A stretch of DNA of 64,000 nucleotides from a virus, in IMG/VR virus record IMGVR_UViG_3300010399_000001, positions 32,001-96,000 of that record, one strand, 5' to 3'. Position numbers and translations under genes: made by a program. The notes beneath the pieces are model-generated. The model worked only from the letters and a program-made list of their open reading frames with translations. It ran no database searches and had not been told where the DNA came from. Positions 45,072 to 54,956 of this stretch are shown here, piece after piece (the stretch's first letter is position 1; every line of letters begins with the position of its first letter).

Positions 45072-48000
45072 CTAGTAGGTGGCTCGCGGGATCTGGATAC
45101 CGGCAGTCGGCACTGCCTTCTGCACGAACTGCTTGTTGATCTGCTGCATGATCCAGTTGATCGAGTTAGGACCGGCGATCTGCGAGTTGGGGAACGAGAA
45201 GTTGACCTGTACGTTGCCCTGATTGCGCGCCGATGCCACCGAGGACAGCGAGCTATTGCCGCCGCTGACCACAGGATTGATGGAGGTGGTGACGGTGCCA
45301 GTGACCTGACTGAGCTTCTTCTTCAGGGTCTCGATCTGAGAGTCGATACCGGTGATGAAGCCCTGCATGACCAGCTGGCCGTTCTGCACCAGAAGGATCT
45401 TGTCCTTGCTGGGCGGGCCCTTCCAGCTGGTGATGGCGCTGGTGATATCGCTGAAGAAGCCCTGCACGTCGCCCCACATGGACTTCAGGCCGTTGATGAA
45501 GCCGGTGAGGATGTCCCGCCCGGCGTTGTAGAGCCAGGTGCCAGCATCCTTGAAGAACCTGATGAACGTGTTCCAGAGCTCTATCAGGGCGTTCCAGACC
45601 CCACCGAGAGCATCGTTGATGCCCCTGATGAACGATCCCCAGATGTTGCTCACCAGACTGACGACGAAGTTGCCGATGGTCGAACCGATCGACTTGAGGA
45701 ACGACCAGATGTTGTTCCACGCGTCCTTGAAGATCTTTTCGAAGTCACCCCATAGCTTGCCCCACTGACCGGTCACTAGGTCGGCGAAGAACTTGAGGAT
45801 GTCCTTGACGGCGTCCAGCACGGTGTTGATGGTCGTCTTGACCGCTTCCCAGACGATCTTGATGACCGCAAGGATGGCGTCCCACGCAGTCTGGAGTACG
45901 CCCATGATCACGGTAAGCGAGCCCTTGATGATCCCGTAGATGATATCCCAGGCCATCTTGACTATTCCGGAGATCAGATCCCAGGCCACATGGAAGATGC
46001 CCTGGATGATGTCCCAGCCGCCCTTGACGTAGCCGGAGATCATAGTCATATACGACTTGAACCAACCGGCCATCAGGTTCCAGACCAGGCGTACGCCATC
46101 TTTGATCTCATCCCAGTGGCGGGCGATCAGAGCGACCAGCTTTCCACCAGTCGCATTCCAGATGGTCGTCAGCGAGTCCCAGATCGAGGACAGATCGTCG
46201 GAGATATGCTTCCACTCATCAGTCAGAGGCTTGGATATATCTCCCCAGATACCCTTGAAGAAGTTGGCGACATCCTGCGCGCCACCCTTGATGTCCTTCC
46301 ATAGCCCCTCGAAGAACGCCTTGACCTGCTTCCAGTGCATGACGATCTCAAGAACCAGCGCGATCAGCATGCCGATCGGACCGCCGAGCAGGGCCAGTGC
46401 GCCTGCGACCATGTTGACGTGGGACTTGATGAAGTTCCACGCCTCCTCTGCGGTCTTCTTCAGCCAGCCCCAGAACTCCTCGATCCACTTCTTGACGGTG
46501 GACCAGTGGGTGATGATCAGTAGGGCTACGACGGCGATGAGGGTGATTGCTGCGACGACCGGATTGAACTCGGTGGCCTCGGTGATCGCGGTGAAGGCGA
46601 TCCACGACTCCTTCAGCAGGGTGATGACCTTCATCACCGCGATGAACGTGGTGATCACCACGCCGATGACGCCGATGATGGCAAGGAGCGTTGCTGCCAG
46701 GGTCTTGTTATGTCCGATCCAGTTGGCGATCGGCTCCACGATCTTCATGACCCAGTCCAGCAGCTTGGTGACCATCGGCAGCAGTGCGGTGCCGAGCTGG
46801 ATTGCGGCGACGTTGGCGGAGGCCTTCAGCTCGGCGAGCTTCTGGTTCATCGTCTGCTGGATCAGAGCCCAGCCGTTCACGTCGCTACCGGTCTTCTGGG
46901 ATGCGGCACCGACCTTACCGACGATCGAGTTGAGATCCTGGCCCTGATTGGCCGTGAGCATCAGCGCGGTCTTCAGCGACGTGGAACCGCCAAGCATGGT
47001 CGATAGGGCGGCATTGAAGGTCATGGCGTCCGGATTACCGGCCTTGAGCATCTGGTTGAAGCCGTTGGCCTTATCCGCAAGCGTCATGAACTGCGTCATC
47101 ACATTGCGCTGGAGCGGCGGCATCGCGTACAGATCGTTGCGGTATTCCTTCGCCGTGATCGATCCGTTCATGAAGGCGTTGGCGACCTGCTGCATGGCTG
47201 GTGTCATATCGCCGAGCATGACCTTCAGGTCCTTGGCTGCGGCCGAAGAGTTATACCAGTCTTGCAGCATGATCTTGCCGTTGTGGGTGTTGTTCGCGAT
47301 GGCCTGGAGCAGGGTGTTCATCGTCCCCGTCAGGCCGTTCTTGCCGAGGTCGTTCGATAGCTTGTTGGAGTCGACGCCCATCTGCTGCATCATCTGGATG
47401 GCCTGCTGGTTGGGCTTCTGGAGCTGGCCGATCATGTGAGCCAGGTCCTGCGTGGACTGCTGAGCGCTCATGCCCTGGCGGGTCATGGTCGCGATAGCGC
47501 CACCGACCTGCTCGAAGCTAAGGCCTGCGGAGTGTGCGATCGGTAGGACGGCGGAGAGGGATGAAGAGAGATCCTGCGTGGTCATCTTTCCGTTCTGGAC
47601 CACGGTGATCATCTCGTTCATGGCCTGGATAGGACCACCCTTGATCTTGTCGCCATAGTTGACCATGATCGTGGTCAGAGCATTGGCGACAGTGCCAAGG
47701 TCCGCATTTTCGGCCTTCGCGCCCTGGGCTGCGGCCTTGAGGGTGTCGTACTGCTGCGAGGTCTTAATGCCAGCCGAGCCGATCTGGTACATCGCGTTGA
47801 TCAGCTGCTGCGTACTGGTGCCGGTGCTAGCGGACAGGCTCAGAATGTCCTGTCTGGTCTTCTCGATCGTCGCCTGAGTCTGACCGCCAGAGGTCATCAG
47901 CACGGTGGTGGCAGCTTGGAAGTTCGCAGCCGACTTCACCGACTCATAGCCGATCGCGGCGACGGCTACAGAGGTCGCCATGGCGACCTTGCCGACCTGG

Positions 48001-48476
48001 CTCAGGCCTATACCGGTCGCATCGCTCTCTGTGGATGCCTTCTTCTGGGCGTCCGCCATATATGCGGCCCGCTCTGCTACCGAGTCTTCCGCCTTGCGCA
48101 CCGCATCGAGGGCGGCGACCTGATCGGCTGATGCGACCTGAACGATCTTCGCCGCATCCGATGCGGCCTTGGCGTCGGTCATATCGGTGGCGGCTAGCGC
48201 CTCCTGGGACTGGCGCAGGGAGGTGCTGGTGATTCGCAGCCGCTCCATCGCGGCATTCTGTTCGTCGAGAGCGGCGCGGTGGGCGTCCTCGGCTGCGATC
48301 GCCTTGAGCTGGGCGGCCTCCAGCTCATCGCCGGTAAGGACTGCGGTGCCGCCCATCTCCTTGATCTTCGCGCCGAGGTTGTCGAGGGTCTTGCCGAGAC
48401 CGCCGATAAGGCCGCTGGCCTTATCCATCGCCTCGATCATCAGCAGGACCGTGATCTCCGTCCTCGTAGACGGCAT
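45072..48476 (-). CDS. tail tape measure protein
   Basis: About 1134 aa helical, Trp-periodic repeats. Confidence 0.93.
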   Translation of the reverse strand: MPSTRTEITVLLMIEAMDKASGLIGGLGKTLDNLGAKIKEMGGTAVLTGDELEAAQLKAIAAEDAHRAALDEQNAAMERLRITSTSLRQSQEALAATDMTDAKAASDAAKIVQVASADQVAALDAVRKAEDSVAERAAYMADAQKKASTESDATGIGLSQVGKVAMATSVAVAAIGYESVKSAANFQAATTVLMTSGGQTQATIEKTRQDILSLSASTGTSTQQLINAMYQIGSAGIKTSQQYDTLKAAAQGAKAENADLGTVANALTTIMVNYGDKIKGGPIQAMNEMITVVQNGKMTTQDLSSSLSAVLPIAHSAGLSFEQVGGAIATMTRQGMSAQQSTQDLAHMIGQLQKPNQQAIQMMQQMGVDSNKLSNDLGKNGLTGTMNTLLQAIANNTHNGKIMLQDWYNSSAAAKDLKVMLGDMTPAMQQVANAFMNGSITAKEYRNDLYAMPPLQRNVMTQFMTLADKANGFNQMLKAGNPDAMTFNAALSTMLGGSTSLKTALMLTANQGQDLNSIVGKVGAASQKTGSDVNGWALIQQTMNQKLAELKASANVAAIQLGTALLPMVTKLLDWVMKIVEPIANWIGHNKTLAATLLAIIGVIGVVITTFIAVMKVITLLKESWIAFTAITEATEFNPVVAAITLIAVVALLIITHWSTVKKWIEEFWGWLKKTAEEAWNFIKSHVNMVAGALALLGGPIGMLIALVLEIVMHWKQVKAFFEGLWKDIKGGAQDVANFFKGIWGDISKPLTDEWKHISDDLSSIWDSLTTIWNATGGKLVALIARHWDEIKDGVRLVWNLMAGWFKSYMTMISGYVKGGWDIIQGIFHVAWDLISGIVKMAWDIIYGIIKGSLTVIMGVLQTAWDAILAVIKIVWEAVKTTINTVLDAVKDILKFFADLVTGQWGKLWGDFEKIFKDAWNNIWSFLKSIGSTIGNFVVSLVSNIWGSFIRGINDALGGVWNALIELWNTFIRFFKDAGTWLYNAGRDILTGFINGLKSMWGDVQGFFSDITSAITSWKGPPSKDKILLVQNGQLVMQGFITGIDSQIETLKKKLSQVTGTVTTSINPVVSGGNSSLSSVASARNQGNVQVNFSFPNSQIAGPNSINWIMQQINKQFVQKAVPTAGIQIPRATY

Positions 48477-48751
48477 CGTGAACGCCTCCCTGCTGTCGCA
48501 GCGCCTGGAAGGCCGCCTCGGTGTCATCTATGGATTGCGACGAACCAGAGGATGATCCGCTGTTATTGAGTGCGGCCTCTATCTCCCACAGCTTCATCGC
48601 CCGCTCGAAGTCCGCATGCGTGTAAAGCGCACGAGCCTGCTCAGTAGTCAGGCCCGTGCGCGTCCACCATGCCTCTCGCATCCATAGATCCATGATCAGC
48701 GGATGGTTGGTCCGCTTCATGCGGACTGCGCTAGTCGCCCGAGCTACGAAA
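48421..48751 (-). CDS. tail assembly chaperone C-terminal (gpT-like) frame
   Basis: Open +1 frame between chaperone and tape measure. Confidence 0.5.
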
Positions 48752-49231
48752 GTCGGCCTTGTCATCCGACCCCTTGGAGTCGTCGGCATTCTTCTCGACG
48801 CGGGTGACCAGCATGTCGTACACACCCGGCGGTAGGCGCTTGATGGAGCGGCGCTTGGCGTCCAGTGGCGCTAGCGGCAGCTTCTGATCCATCTCGTCGG
48901 TCAGATTCCAGTCGACGATGGCAAGCGCCAGAAGCTCCAGCCGGTATGCAGCGGTATCCATGCGCACCTGGGTGCGGGTACCGGAAGTCTGCTCCTCTTC
49001 CGGCTCGACCGGAAGGCCGAGCATCTGGCGCTTCGCGCGCTCCTTGGCGGCGCGAACGGCGCTTGCATCATCGTTCGCCATTGCGGTCATCTGGAGCTTC
49101 TTGCCCTCGGCGATGTCTAGCTCGGCCCCTGAGAGCGTCTTCTTGATGTCAACCCACCAGTGCCCATCCGGGTCTGCGGGTTCGGTGATGTCGATGCGGA
49201 CCGTGCCGCCGTAGAGCGAGAGAAAGCCCAT
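48731..49231 (-). CDS. tail assembly chaperone (gpG-like)
   Basis: AIVDWNLTDE motif; between tail tube and tape measure. Confidence 0.75.
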   Translation of the reverse strand: MGFLSLYGGTVRIDITEPADPDGHWWVDIKKTLSGAELDIAEGKKLQMTAMANDDASAVRAAKERAKRQMLGLPVEPEEEQTSGTRTQVRMDTAAYRLELLALAIVDWNLTDEMDQKLPLAPLDAKRRSIKRLPPGVYDMLVTRVEKNADDSKGSDDKADFRSSGD

Positions 49232-49240
49232 GAGCGATCC

Positions 49241-50461
49241 TTACAGGGGAAGGTAAGACTGGTTGATGATGGTGGCGGAGATGGTCTGGAGAGTCGCGAG
49301 GTTCAGGAACACCTCGTACTCCAGGGAGGTCATGATCACGTCTTCGAACTTCACCGAGTCGGCAGCCTTCTTCAGCAGCACCTTCGGCATCGTGAACGAC
49401 ACGGAACCGCCCGATGCCGGATGGGTGAGGCTGAGGGTCAGAGTGCCGCTGGTGCCAGCGACCATCTGGTTGAAGTAGCCCCAGGTCGCATCGTCAAGCG
49501 AGGTGAAGACCACATCGATCTTGCCGGAGACGTGCCGGGTGACCGGAGTCAGGAAGTTGAGATTGTGCGTGGTGTTCATCGTGTACGTCGACTTCAGGCC
49601 GTTGTCGATATCCAGGGTGAAGCTGGAGGCCTGGAGGACGTTCTGGCCGAACAGGGAGACGGACGCCTCGGCGAAGACGAACGGCGATTCGTTGGTGATC
49701 GTGATCGCGGAGGGGGAGGCCAGAACTGCGACCGACTTGGCCACCGCGTCCACCGACATGGTGGCTTCGGCATCCGTGGATGTAGCGGCGATCGACAGCT
49801 TGCCCACGCGGGAACCGGCGAACTGGAGCGACTCGAAGGAGCCAAGGTTCTTCTCGATCGTGAACGAGGAGAGCTGGTTGGCCTGCTGCACCGAGTGCGT
49901 ATACGGAGCGACGACTCCGATCACATTCACACCGGAGGCATGGTTGTAGCTTATGGCGGAGTCGATGGTGAGCGTATTGGTGACGATGTTGGTGATCTTG
50001 CGGCACTCGGCCGTCGTCGGACCGACAGTGTTGTTCACGTCGATCTGGATGACCTGCCCCTGAGTGAAGCCAGCGGCGGAGGTGACATTCACCGTGGTGG
50101 TACCTGCGGTCAGGGTGCCGGAGGTGGTGGTGGAACCGGTACCGACCGTCCCGATCACGCCGAAAGACGCCTGCGCGTCCGGACCGATAGCGCCAGGGAT
50201 GAACAGAGCACCGTTGGTCGGGAACAGGGCGGCCGCCAGACCGCCGGAGTTCTTGTACTGGCCGAACAGCGGGAAGGTATTGACATCCCTCTGGCCGAAC
50301 ATGACCTTCGGGCTGAACAGTCCAGGGTCCAGCTGAAGCTCGTTGCCCGTCATGGGCAGGAAGGTTGTAGGCACTACGGGAGTACCGAAGGTGGTAGCCC
50401 CCTCACGGGCGGCACCGGTAGCGGACAGGGACCCGTACCGCTCAACAACGGCAGTAGTCAC
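49241..50461 (-). CDS. major tail tube protein
   Basis: Position; SFTIEK, FTLDIDNGL, RHVSGKI. Confidence 0.8.
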   Translation of the reverse strand: MTTAVVERYGSLSATGAAREGATTFGTPVVPTTFLPMTGNELQLDPGLFSPKVMFGQRDVNTFPLFGQYKNSGGLAAALFPTNGALFIPGAIGPDAQASFGVIGTVGTGSTTTSGTLTAGTTTVNVTSAAGFTQGQVIQIDVNNTVGPTTAECRKITNIVTNTLTIDSAISYNHASGVNVIGVVAPYTHSVQQANQLSSFTIEKNLGSFESLQFAGSRVGKLSIAATSTDAEATMSVDAVAKSVAVLASPSAITITNESPFVFAEASVSLFGQNVLQASSFTLDIDNGLKSTYTMNTTHNLNFLTPVTRHVSGKIDVVFTSLDDATWGYFNQMVAGTSGTLTLSLTHPASGGSVSFTMPKVLLKKAADSVKFEDVIMTSLEYEVFLNLATLQTISATIINQSYLPL

Positions 50462-50484
50462 ACAGCTCCTATGGGGTTAAGCGA

Positions 50485-50823
50485 TCACGGGTGGCGAATC
50501 GCGTCCTGGTCGACAGGTTCGCCGGCATAACTGACGAATCGTCCAGTACGCAGAAGAGACTCGACGAGATAGTCGGGAGCAGCGACGATTTCGCCCGCGT
50601 GCAGCTCGCCGAACGGCGCAATTACCAGATCGTCACCCCGGTACGCCAGCAGAGTGCGCGGCCCCTGCTCGCTGGGCATTTCCAGCGAGATCTCGGGTGC
50701 CTCGGGAGCGCTCGGAGCGGCCTCCTGAGCGCTTTCGATCATGCCTTCGGCATCCGCGCTAGCTGCGGGTGCCTCGGGCAGCTCAGCATCGCTCTGCGCG
50801 CTTTGCTTACGGGTGGCGGGCAT
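50485..50823 (-). CDS. hypothetical virion-module protein
   Basis: RBS, position. Confidence 0.55.
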   Translation of the reverse strand: MPATRKQSAQSDAELPEAPAASADAEGMIESAQEAAPSAPEAPEISLEMPSEQGPRTLLAYRGDDLVIAPFGELHAGEIVAAPDYLVESLLRTGRFVSYAGEPVDQDAIRHP

Positions 50824-50825
50824 CG

Positions 50826-51293
50826 TCAGATCCTCTCGAACAGCGCAGCGAACGACGAGGAGATCATGGGGAGCATCTTCTCCATCGCCTTCTGGTGGAA
50901 GGGGTTGGCGTGCGCGCCCTTATGGAAGGTGTGATTGCGGAAGATCATCGTTCCGCTCGCGTCCGGGAAGTGCAGCGCCAGACCGTTGGTCGGGGTGATC
51001 GCGTGCGGCCTGGTGCCTTCGATCACATACTTCGCAGCCGGATCGGTGCTGTGGAAGGTCAGAACAACTCCGCCGACAGAGGTGCGGCGCTGATAGTTGA
51101 TCGAACCTTGCAGGCGGCCGGAACCTTGACGGCCCCGCTTGTCCACGGGAGCCTGAGACTTGAGTTCATGCTCCATGGCCAGGCCCACCTTGTCGGCCCA
51201 GGAGACCATTCGCAGGGTGGCGTTGAACCTTTCCATGCGCGACGCAGCACCGGAGTCGCCGCCCATTCCGAAGGACAGCAGCGGATTGGCCAT
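50826..51293 (-). CDS. HK97 gp10-like tail completion protein
   Basis: APVD..SGRLQGSI...YVIEGTRPH...ANPF. Confidence 0.75.
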   Translation of the reverse strand: MANPLLSFGMGGDSGAASRMERFNATLRMVSWADKVGLAMEHELKSQAPVDKRGRQGSGRLQGSINYQRRTSVGGVVLTFHSTDPAAKYVIEGTRPHAITPTNGLALHFPDASGTMIFRNHTFHKGAHANPFHQKAMEKMLPMISSSFAALFERI

Positions 51294-51301
51294 GGGTTCT
51301 C

Positions 51302-51802
51302 CTATGCCTGGATGATTTCCTTCACATCGACCGTGAGCCTGGCGGTGTAGCGCAGCATGCGCTGGTCCTCCAGTGAGTGAACGGGGGCATAGTCCCAGCT
51401 CATAGTCTCGCCGATCATCTCCACCGTGGACTTCATGCCGGTGACCGGATCGATGATGGGTACCTGCATTTGTGTGTCTCGCAGAATCGCCATGACCGAA
51501 TCGATGACGGCTGGAAACGACGAGTCCACAGCCTCATCATCCGCATAGGCGCAGAAGATCAGCCACAGATCGATCGTGTGCTCGATCCACTTGAAGCCGC
51601 CGGAAGAGTAGTTGCCTGGCGCGTGGCGAGGCATGCTCTGGCGCTTCTCATGGGCCACCGATCCCCAGATGTAAACGGTCGGATCGATGCCCTCGCCGGG
51701 ATCTGGCGGAGTGATGAAGGCTTGAAGGGTGCCCAGTCCCAGCGGGAGCTGGGCACCGTCCAGGAGGCCCTTTACGTAGGTCTGAATGCTGGCAAGCGGC
51801 AT
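51302..51802 (-). CDS. tail terminator-like protein
   Basis: Position and size. Confidence 0.6.
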   Translation of the reverse strand: MPLASIQTYVKGLLDGAQLPLGLGTLQAFITPPDPGEGIDPTVYIWGSVAHEKRQSMPRHAPGNYSSGGFKWIEHTIDLWLIFCAYADDEAVDSSFPAVIDSVMAILRDTQMQVPIIDPVTGMKSTVEMIGETMSWDYAPVHSLEDQRMLRYTARLTVDVKEIIQA

Positions 51803-52770
51803 TAGACGACCCTCCGGTACGGATGCAGTATCTCCCTGGCGGCCTCGATGAACTGCTTGGAGCTTGCACCGGGGCCGACAGAGGTACCGGGCACGGCTTG
51901 AACTGTGGTGGCGGTAGCACCTCGGGTCAGAGCCTGCGCCACCGCGTAGAGGATGACCGCCTGCTGGATCGAGCCGGGGATGGTGGAGACCATCGTGCCG
52001 TAGCCGTGCGCATAGCTAAGCGCCCTGCTCAGGGTCAGAATGCCTGGACCCGAGATCGCGGACGACGCAGTGCAGGTGATCGTCTCCTGCTGACCGCCGT
52101 CGTATATCACCCCGGTCGCACCTGTGATGCTCGTGCCGGTGGGAGCCCATCCGGTGCAGTCATCGATCTGTATCGTGCTGGAGCCAGCCGATACCGGGGC
52201 GGTGAGCGACCCGTGCGGCCAGCCGTTCACGTAGGTGATCTGGAGGTCGTACGCATTGCGGCCGAATCCCCAATTGGCGATACCAGGAGCCATCACCACC
52301 GTCTGACCGCCATCGCCGGAGCCACCGGGGGAGGTGGTGCCATACACCCCGATAACCGGCTGGTATACGCGGAACTGATTGGCGTTGATCGTAGTCCACT
52401 GCGCCGGGAAGGCGGTTGCGGGAGTGATCTGGCCGCCGAGCACCGAGACGATCGGAGAGCGCGAGAGCAGCAGCCATGCTCGCTGGTTACCGTTCTGGAG
52501 CTGAAAGCGGAAGTCTCCCGGACCGGTGAGCTGCTCGGTATCGATGGTCGCATGGATGGGCTGATTGAGGTATCCGGCCGCCATGGATGACGCGCGCTTG
52601 CAGATGTTCAGCTGCTCGGAGTACTGCTGCTCCACCGTGGGGCGGGAGTTACCCGGACCGCCGACAGTGGACCACTGGATTCCGGTTGCGGCCGACAGCA
52701 GGATCTCAGGGGTGATATACGGAGTGCCAGGTCCGATTACCGGCACATCCTCCGGCGAATAGACCGGCAT
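51802..52770 (-). CDS. head-tail adaptor
   Basis: IPGSIQQAV...ILHPYRR. Confidence 0.7.
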   Translation of the reverse strand: MPVYSPEDVPVIGPGTPYITPEILLSAATGIQWSTVGGPGNSRPTVEQQYSEQLNICKRASSMAAGYLNQPIHATIDTEQLTGPGDFRFQLQNGNQRAWLLLSRSPIVSVLGGQITPATAFPAQWTTINANQFRVYQPVIGVYGTTSPGGSGDGGQTVVMAPGIANWGFGRNAYDLQITYVNGWPHGSLTAPVSAGSSTIQIDDCTGWAPTGTSITGATGVIYDGGQQETITCTASSAISGPGILTLSRALSYAHGYGTMVSTIPGSIQQAVILYAVAQALTRGATATTVQAVPGTSVGPGASSKQFIEAAREILHPYRRVV

Positions 52771-52952
52771 GACCTACCCCTTTCGCGCGCACCTGGTGCA
52801 GATCTCGGCTCCGGCCTCGCTGTCCCACACCTTGTGTCTAAGGCATACGGGGGACAGGCAGCGGTGGCAGTATCCGGCGATGGCTGCCCGGCGGCCCGCG
52901 CGTCCCCGCTTAGGGCCTCCGCAGAGGGCGCACACGCCGCCGGGACGGCCCA

Positions 52953-53453
52953 TTACGACTGCTTCCGAGGGCGACCCGGAGAACGCTTGATCGGAGTCTG
53001 CGGCTTGTCACCATCATCTGCCGTTGCATCCGAGGCGAGACCGGCCCGCTTGAGCAGGGCGGCGAGCTGATCCTGCGGCAGATCGTCGAGGGCGGCCAGA
53101 ACATCCTCCGTGGCCACCTCGACCTTCTGCGCCTTCTGCTCGACCCTGGGCTTGTCGACCATAACCAGCTCGGCGATCTTCTCGCCGATAGCCTTGGCCG
53201 CGAGGGACTGGGCCGTAAGACCGGTAGCCTTGGCCTCTTCCAGCGCTGCATTCTCATCCACCGTGAGCTTCACTCCGTGCGGAGTGCCAGCCCAGCCCAG
53301 CGATGGGATGTCCAGCAGAGCAATGGCGCACATCGGGCAACTGATGCCCCTGCCGCCAGTGTCGGCCTCGATGACCTTGTGGCTATCACCACAGCCGCCA
53401 GAGACGGTGATGCTCTGCACGTCGGTAGGTGCGTACGCGGCAAGACTTGCCAT
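52953..53453 (-). CDS. hypothetical protein
   Basis: TAATG coupling; C-terminal PGRPRK. Confidence 0.6.
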   Translation of the reverse strand: MASLAAYAPTDVQSITVSGGCGDSHKVIEADTGGRGISCPMCAIALLDIPSLGWAGTPHGVKLTVDENAALEEAKATGLTAQSLAAKAIGEKIAELVMVDKPRVEQKAQKVEVATEDVLAALDDLPQDQLAALLKRAGLASDATADDGDKPQTPIKRSPGRPRKQS

Positions 53454-53731
53454 TAACTTTCTCCTTCGATGGTTGGCTCGCCGCAACGCGGACAAGTCAC
53501 GCTCCATGCATTCCAGGCACGCTTACACGGGGTACACAGCTTGGTCTTCTTCGTTCCGAAGGAGAGGGACTGGGAGTCCGCCATGACGCCGCTCTGTCCA
53601 TACCAGCTCGTCTTCAGATACTTGGCATGCTCGCTGGACATCTCCACGCGGCCTGTACCGTCCGCGTTGTACTTGGTGCCATCGGCCATATCGAGGCCGG
53701 AGCAGCCCGAGGGGAGCGTGACCTTTGCCAT
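53453..53731 (-). CDS. small Zn-ribbon protein
   Basis: CTPC...CPRCG. Confidence 0.6.
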   Translation of the reverse strand: MAKVTLPSGCSGLDMADGTKYNADGTGRVEMSSEHAKYLKTSWYGQSGVMADSQSLSFGTKKTKLCTPCKRAWNAWSVTCPRCGEPTIEGES

Positions 53732-53741
53732 ACGCGGCCTT

Positions 53742-54020
53742 TCAGGTCTGGAGCACGGATACGACGCTGCTGGTTGCGCAGACGGCGTAGATGGAGTCCC
53801 CAGGGAACAGGGGGACGGTGAAGTACGTGGTCGCGGAGGTGGCGACGGCTAGGCCATTGGTGGTCGAGACGTTCGCTCCGCCGAGATAAACCGTCGCGCC
53901 AGTGTTGTTGATCACCACCGAGCCCACCTGGCCGTAGCCAGGGGAGCCGGTGGTGGGTGGCGCGGAAGCGATCAGTACGGCGGTGGTGGTCACCGTGTAC
54001 TGCGCAGATCCGGCAGCCAT
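53742..54020 (-). CDS. virion structural protein
   Basis: beta-rich, after capsid. Confidence 0.6.
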   Translation of the reverse strand: MAAGSAQYTVTTTAVLIASAPPTTGSPGYGQVGSVVINNTGATVYLGGANVSTTNGLAVATSATTYFTVPLFPGDSIYAVCATSSVVSVLQT

Positions 54021-54022
54021 GA

Positions 54023-54550
54023 TCAGCCCACGCGACGGCAGATGATCTGCGCGTTATACGACGAGGATGCGGTCGCGCTGGCGATCGCCTTGATGTTCAC
54101 CGTGTCCGCGCCGGAGAGGTTGAGAACGACCGGACCGAAGGACCAGCCGACAGTTGAGCCAGTGGTGCCGGGCACCGCGATCTGAAGCACCTGGCGTGAG
54201 GTGCCGGTCTGATGCAGGCCCATGTTGTTCGAATCGGTAGCGGCGACCGTAGTGCCGGTGATGGCGATAGAGCCCTCGACCTCCCACAGCCCTGCGGTAC
54301 CGGGAGTGCACGTGGCTACAACGGTGCCAGCGGTAGGGGCCGCCTGAATACCGGTCGCCTGAACCGTGACGACGGAATCGCGGAAGTTGGCGGTCTGAAG
54401 GTTGGCGACGCCACCGGAGGCTAGAGATGTCGCATAGGCATTACCGGACGGGTCTGCCGGAGTCTCGATCTGCTCGGTGATGCCGGATGCGGGCTGGGCA
54501 TAACCGCCGGGGACCGGAGTGCCCTGCTGACTGAAGTTCGGATTGGGCAT
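54023..54550 (-). CDS. virion structural/decoration protein
   Basis: T/A/G-rich, AAGGAG RBS. Confidence 0.6.
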   Translation of the reverse strand: MPNPNFSQQGTPVPGGYAQPASGITEQIETPADPSGNAYATSLASGGVANLQTANFRDSVVTVQATGIQAAPTAGTVVATCTPGTAGLWEVEGSIAITGTTVAATDSNNMGLHQTGTSRQVLQIAVPGTTGSTVGWSFGPVVLNLSGADTVNIKAIASATASSSYNAQIICRRVG

Positions 54551-54566
54551 GGTCTCTCCTTAAAGG

Positions 54567-54594
54567 GGAAAGCCGCCCCGAAGGGCGGCTTTCC
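54567..54594. terminator. terminator-like hairpin after capsid block
   Basis: ggaaagccgccc-cgaa-gggcggctttcc. Confidence 0.7.
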
Positions 54595-54596
54595 AA

Positions 54597-54905
54597 CTAC
54601 GACAGGGTGATCTCAGTGAAACACTGGATGTTGGTCACCGGGGCGTTGAGAGAGGCCTTCAGGTTCACCAGCTCGGCAGCAACGAAGTCGCGAACCAGCT
54701 CGCGGGCGATCTTGATGCCCGACTCGGGCCACGAGATCGTGACGGCTGCGCTTGAAGCCGTAGCGGTGGCTGCGGTCAGAGATACGGCCGGAAAGACTGC
54801 ACCGTTGAAGGCTGCGGCGATCAGAGTCGCATCACCGTTGGTGTTACCCGGCGCGTTCAGGGTGACGTAGGTGTAGTAGGTAAGCGTACCGGCAGGAGCC
54901 GCCAC
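54597..54905 (-). CDS. virion structural protein
   Basis: GAGGAG RBS. Confidence 0.6.
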   Translation of the reverse strand: MAAPAGTLTYYTYVTLNAPGNTNGDATLIAAAFNGAVFPAVSLTAATATASSAAVTISWPESGIKIARELVRDFVAAELVNLKASLNAPVTNIQCFTEITLS

Positions 54906-54956
54906 ACAGTCTCCTCACGTGAGGGAGGGGGGCGCTTGATAGCGCCCCCCAGCCGA

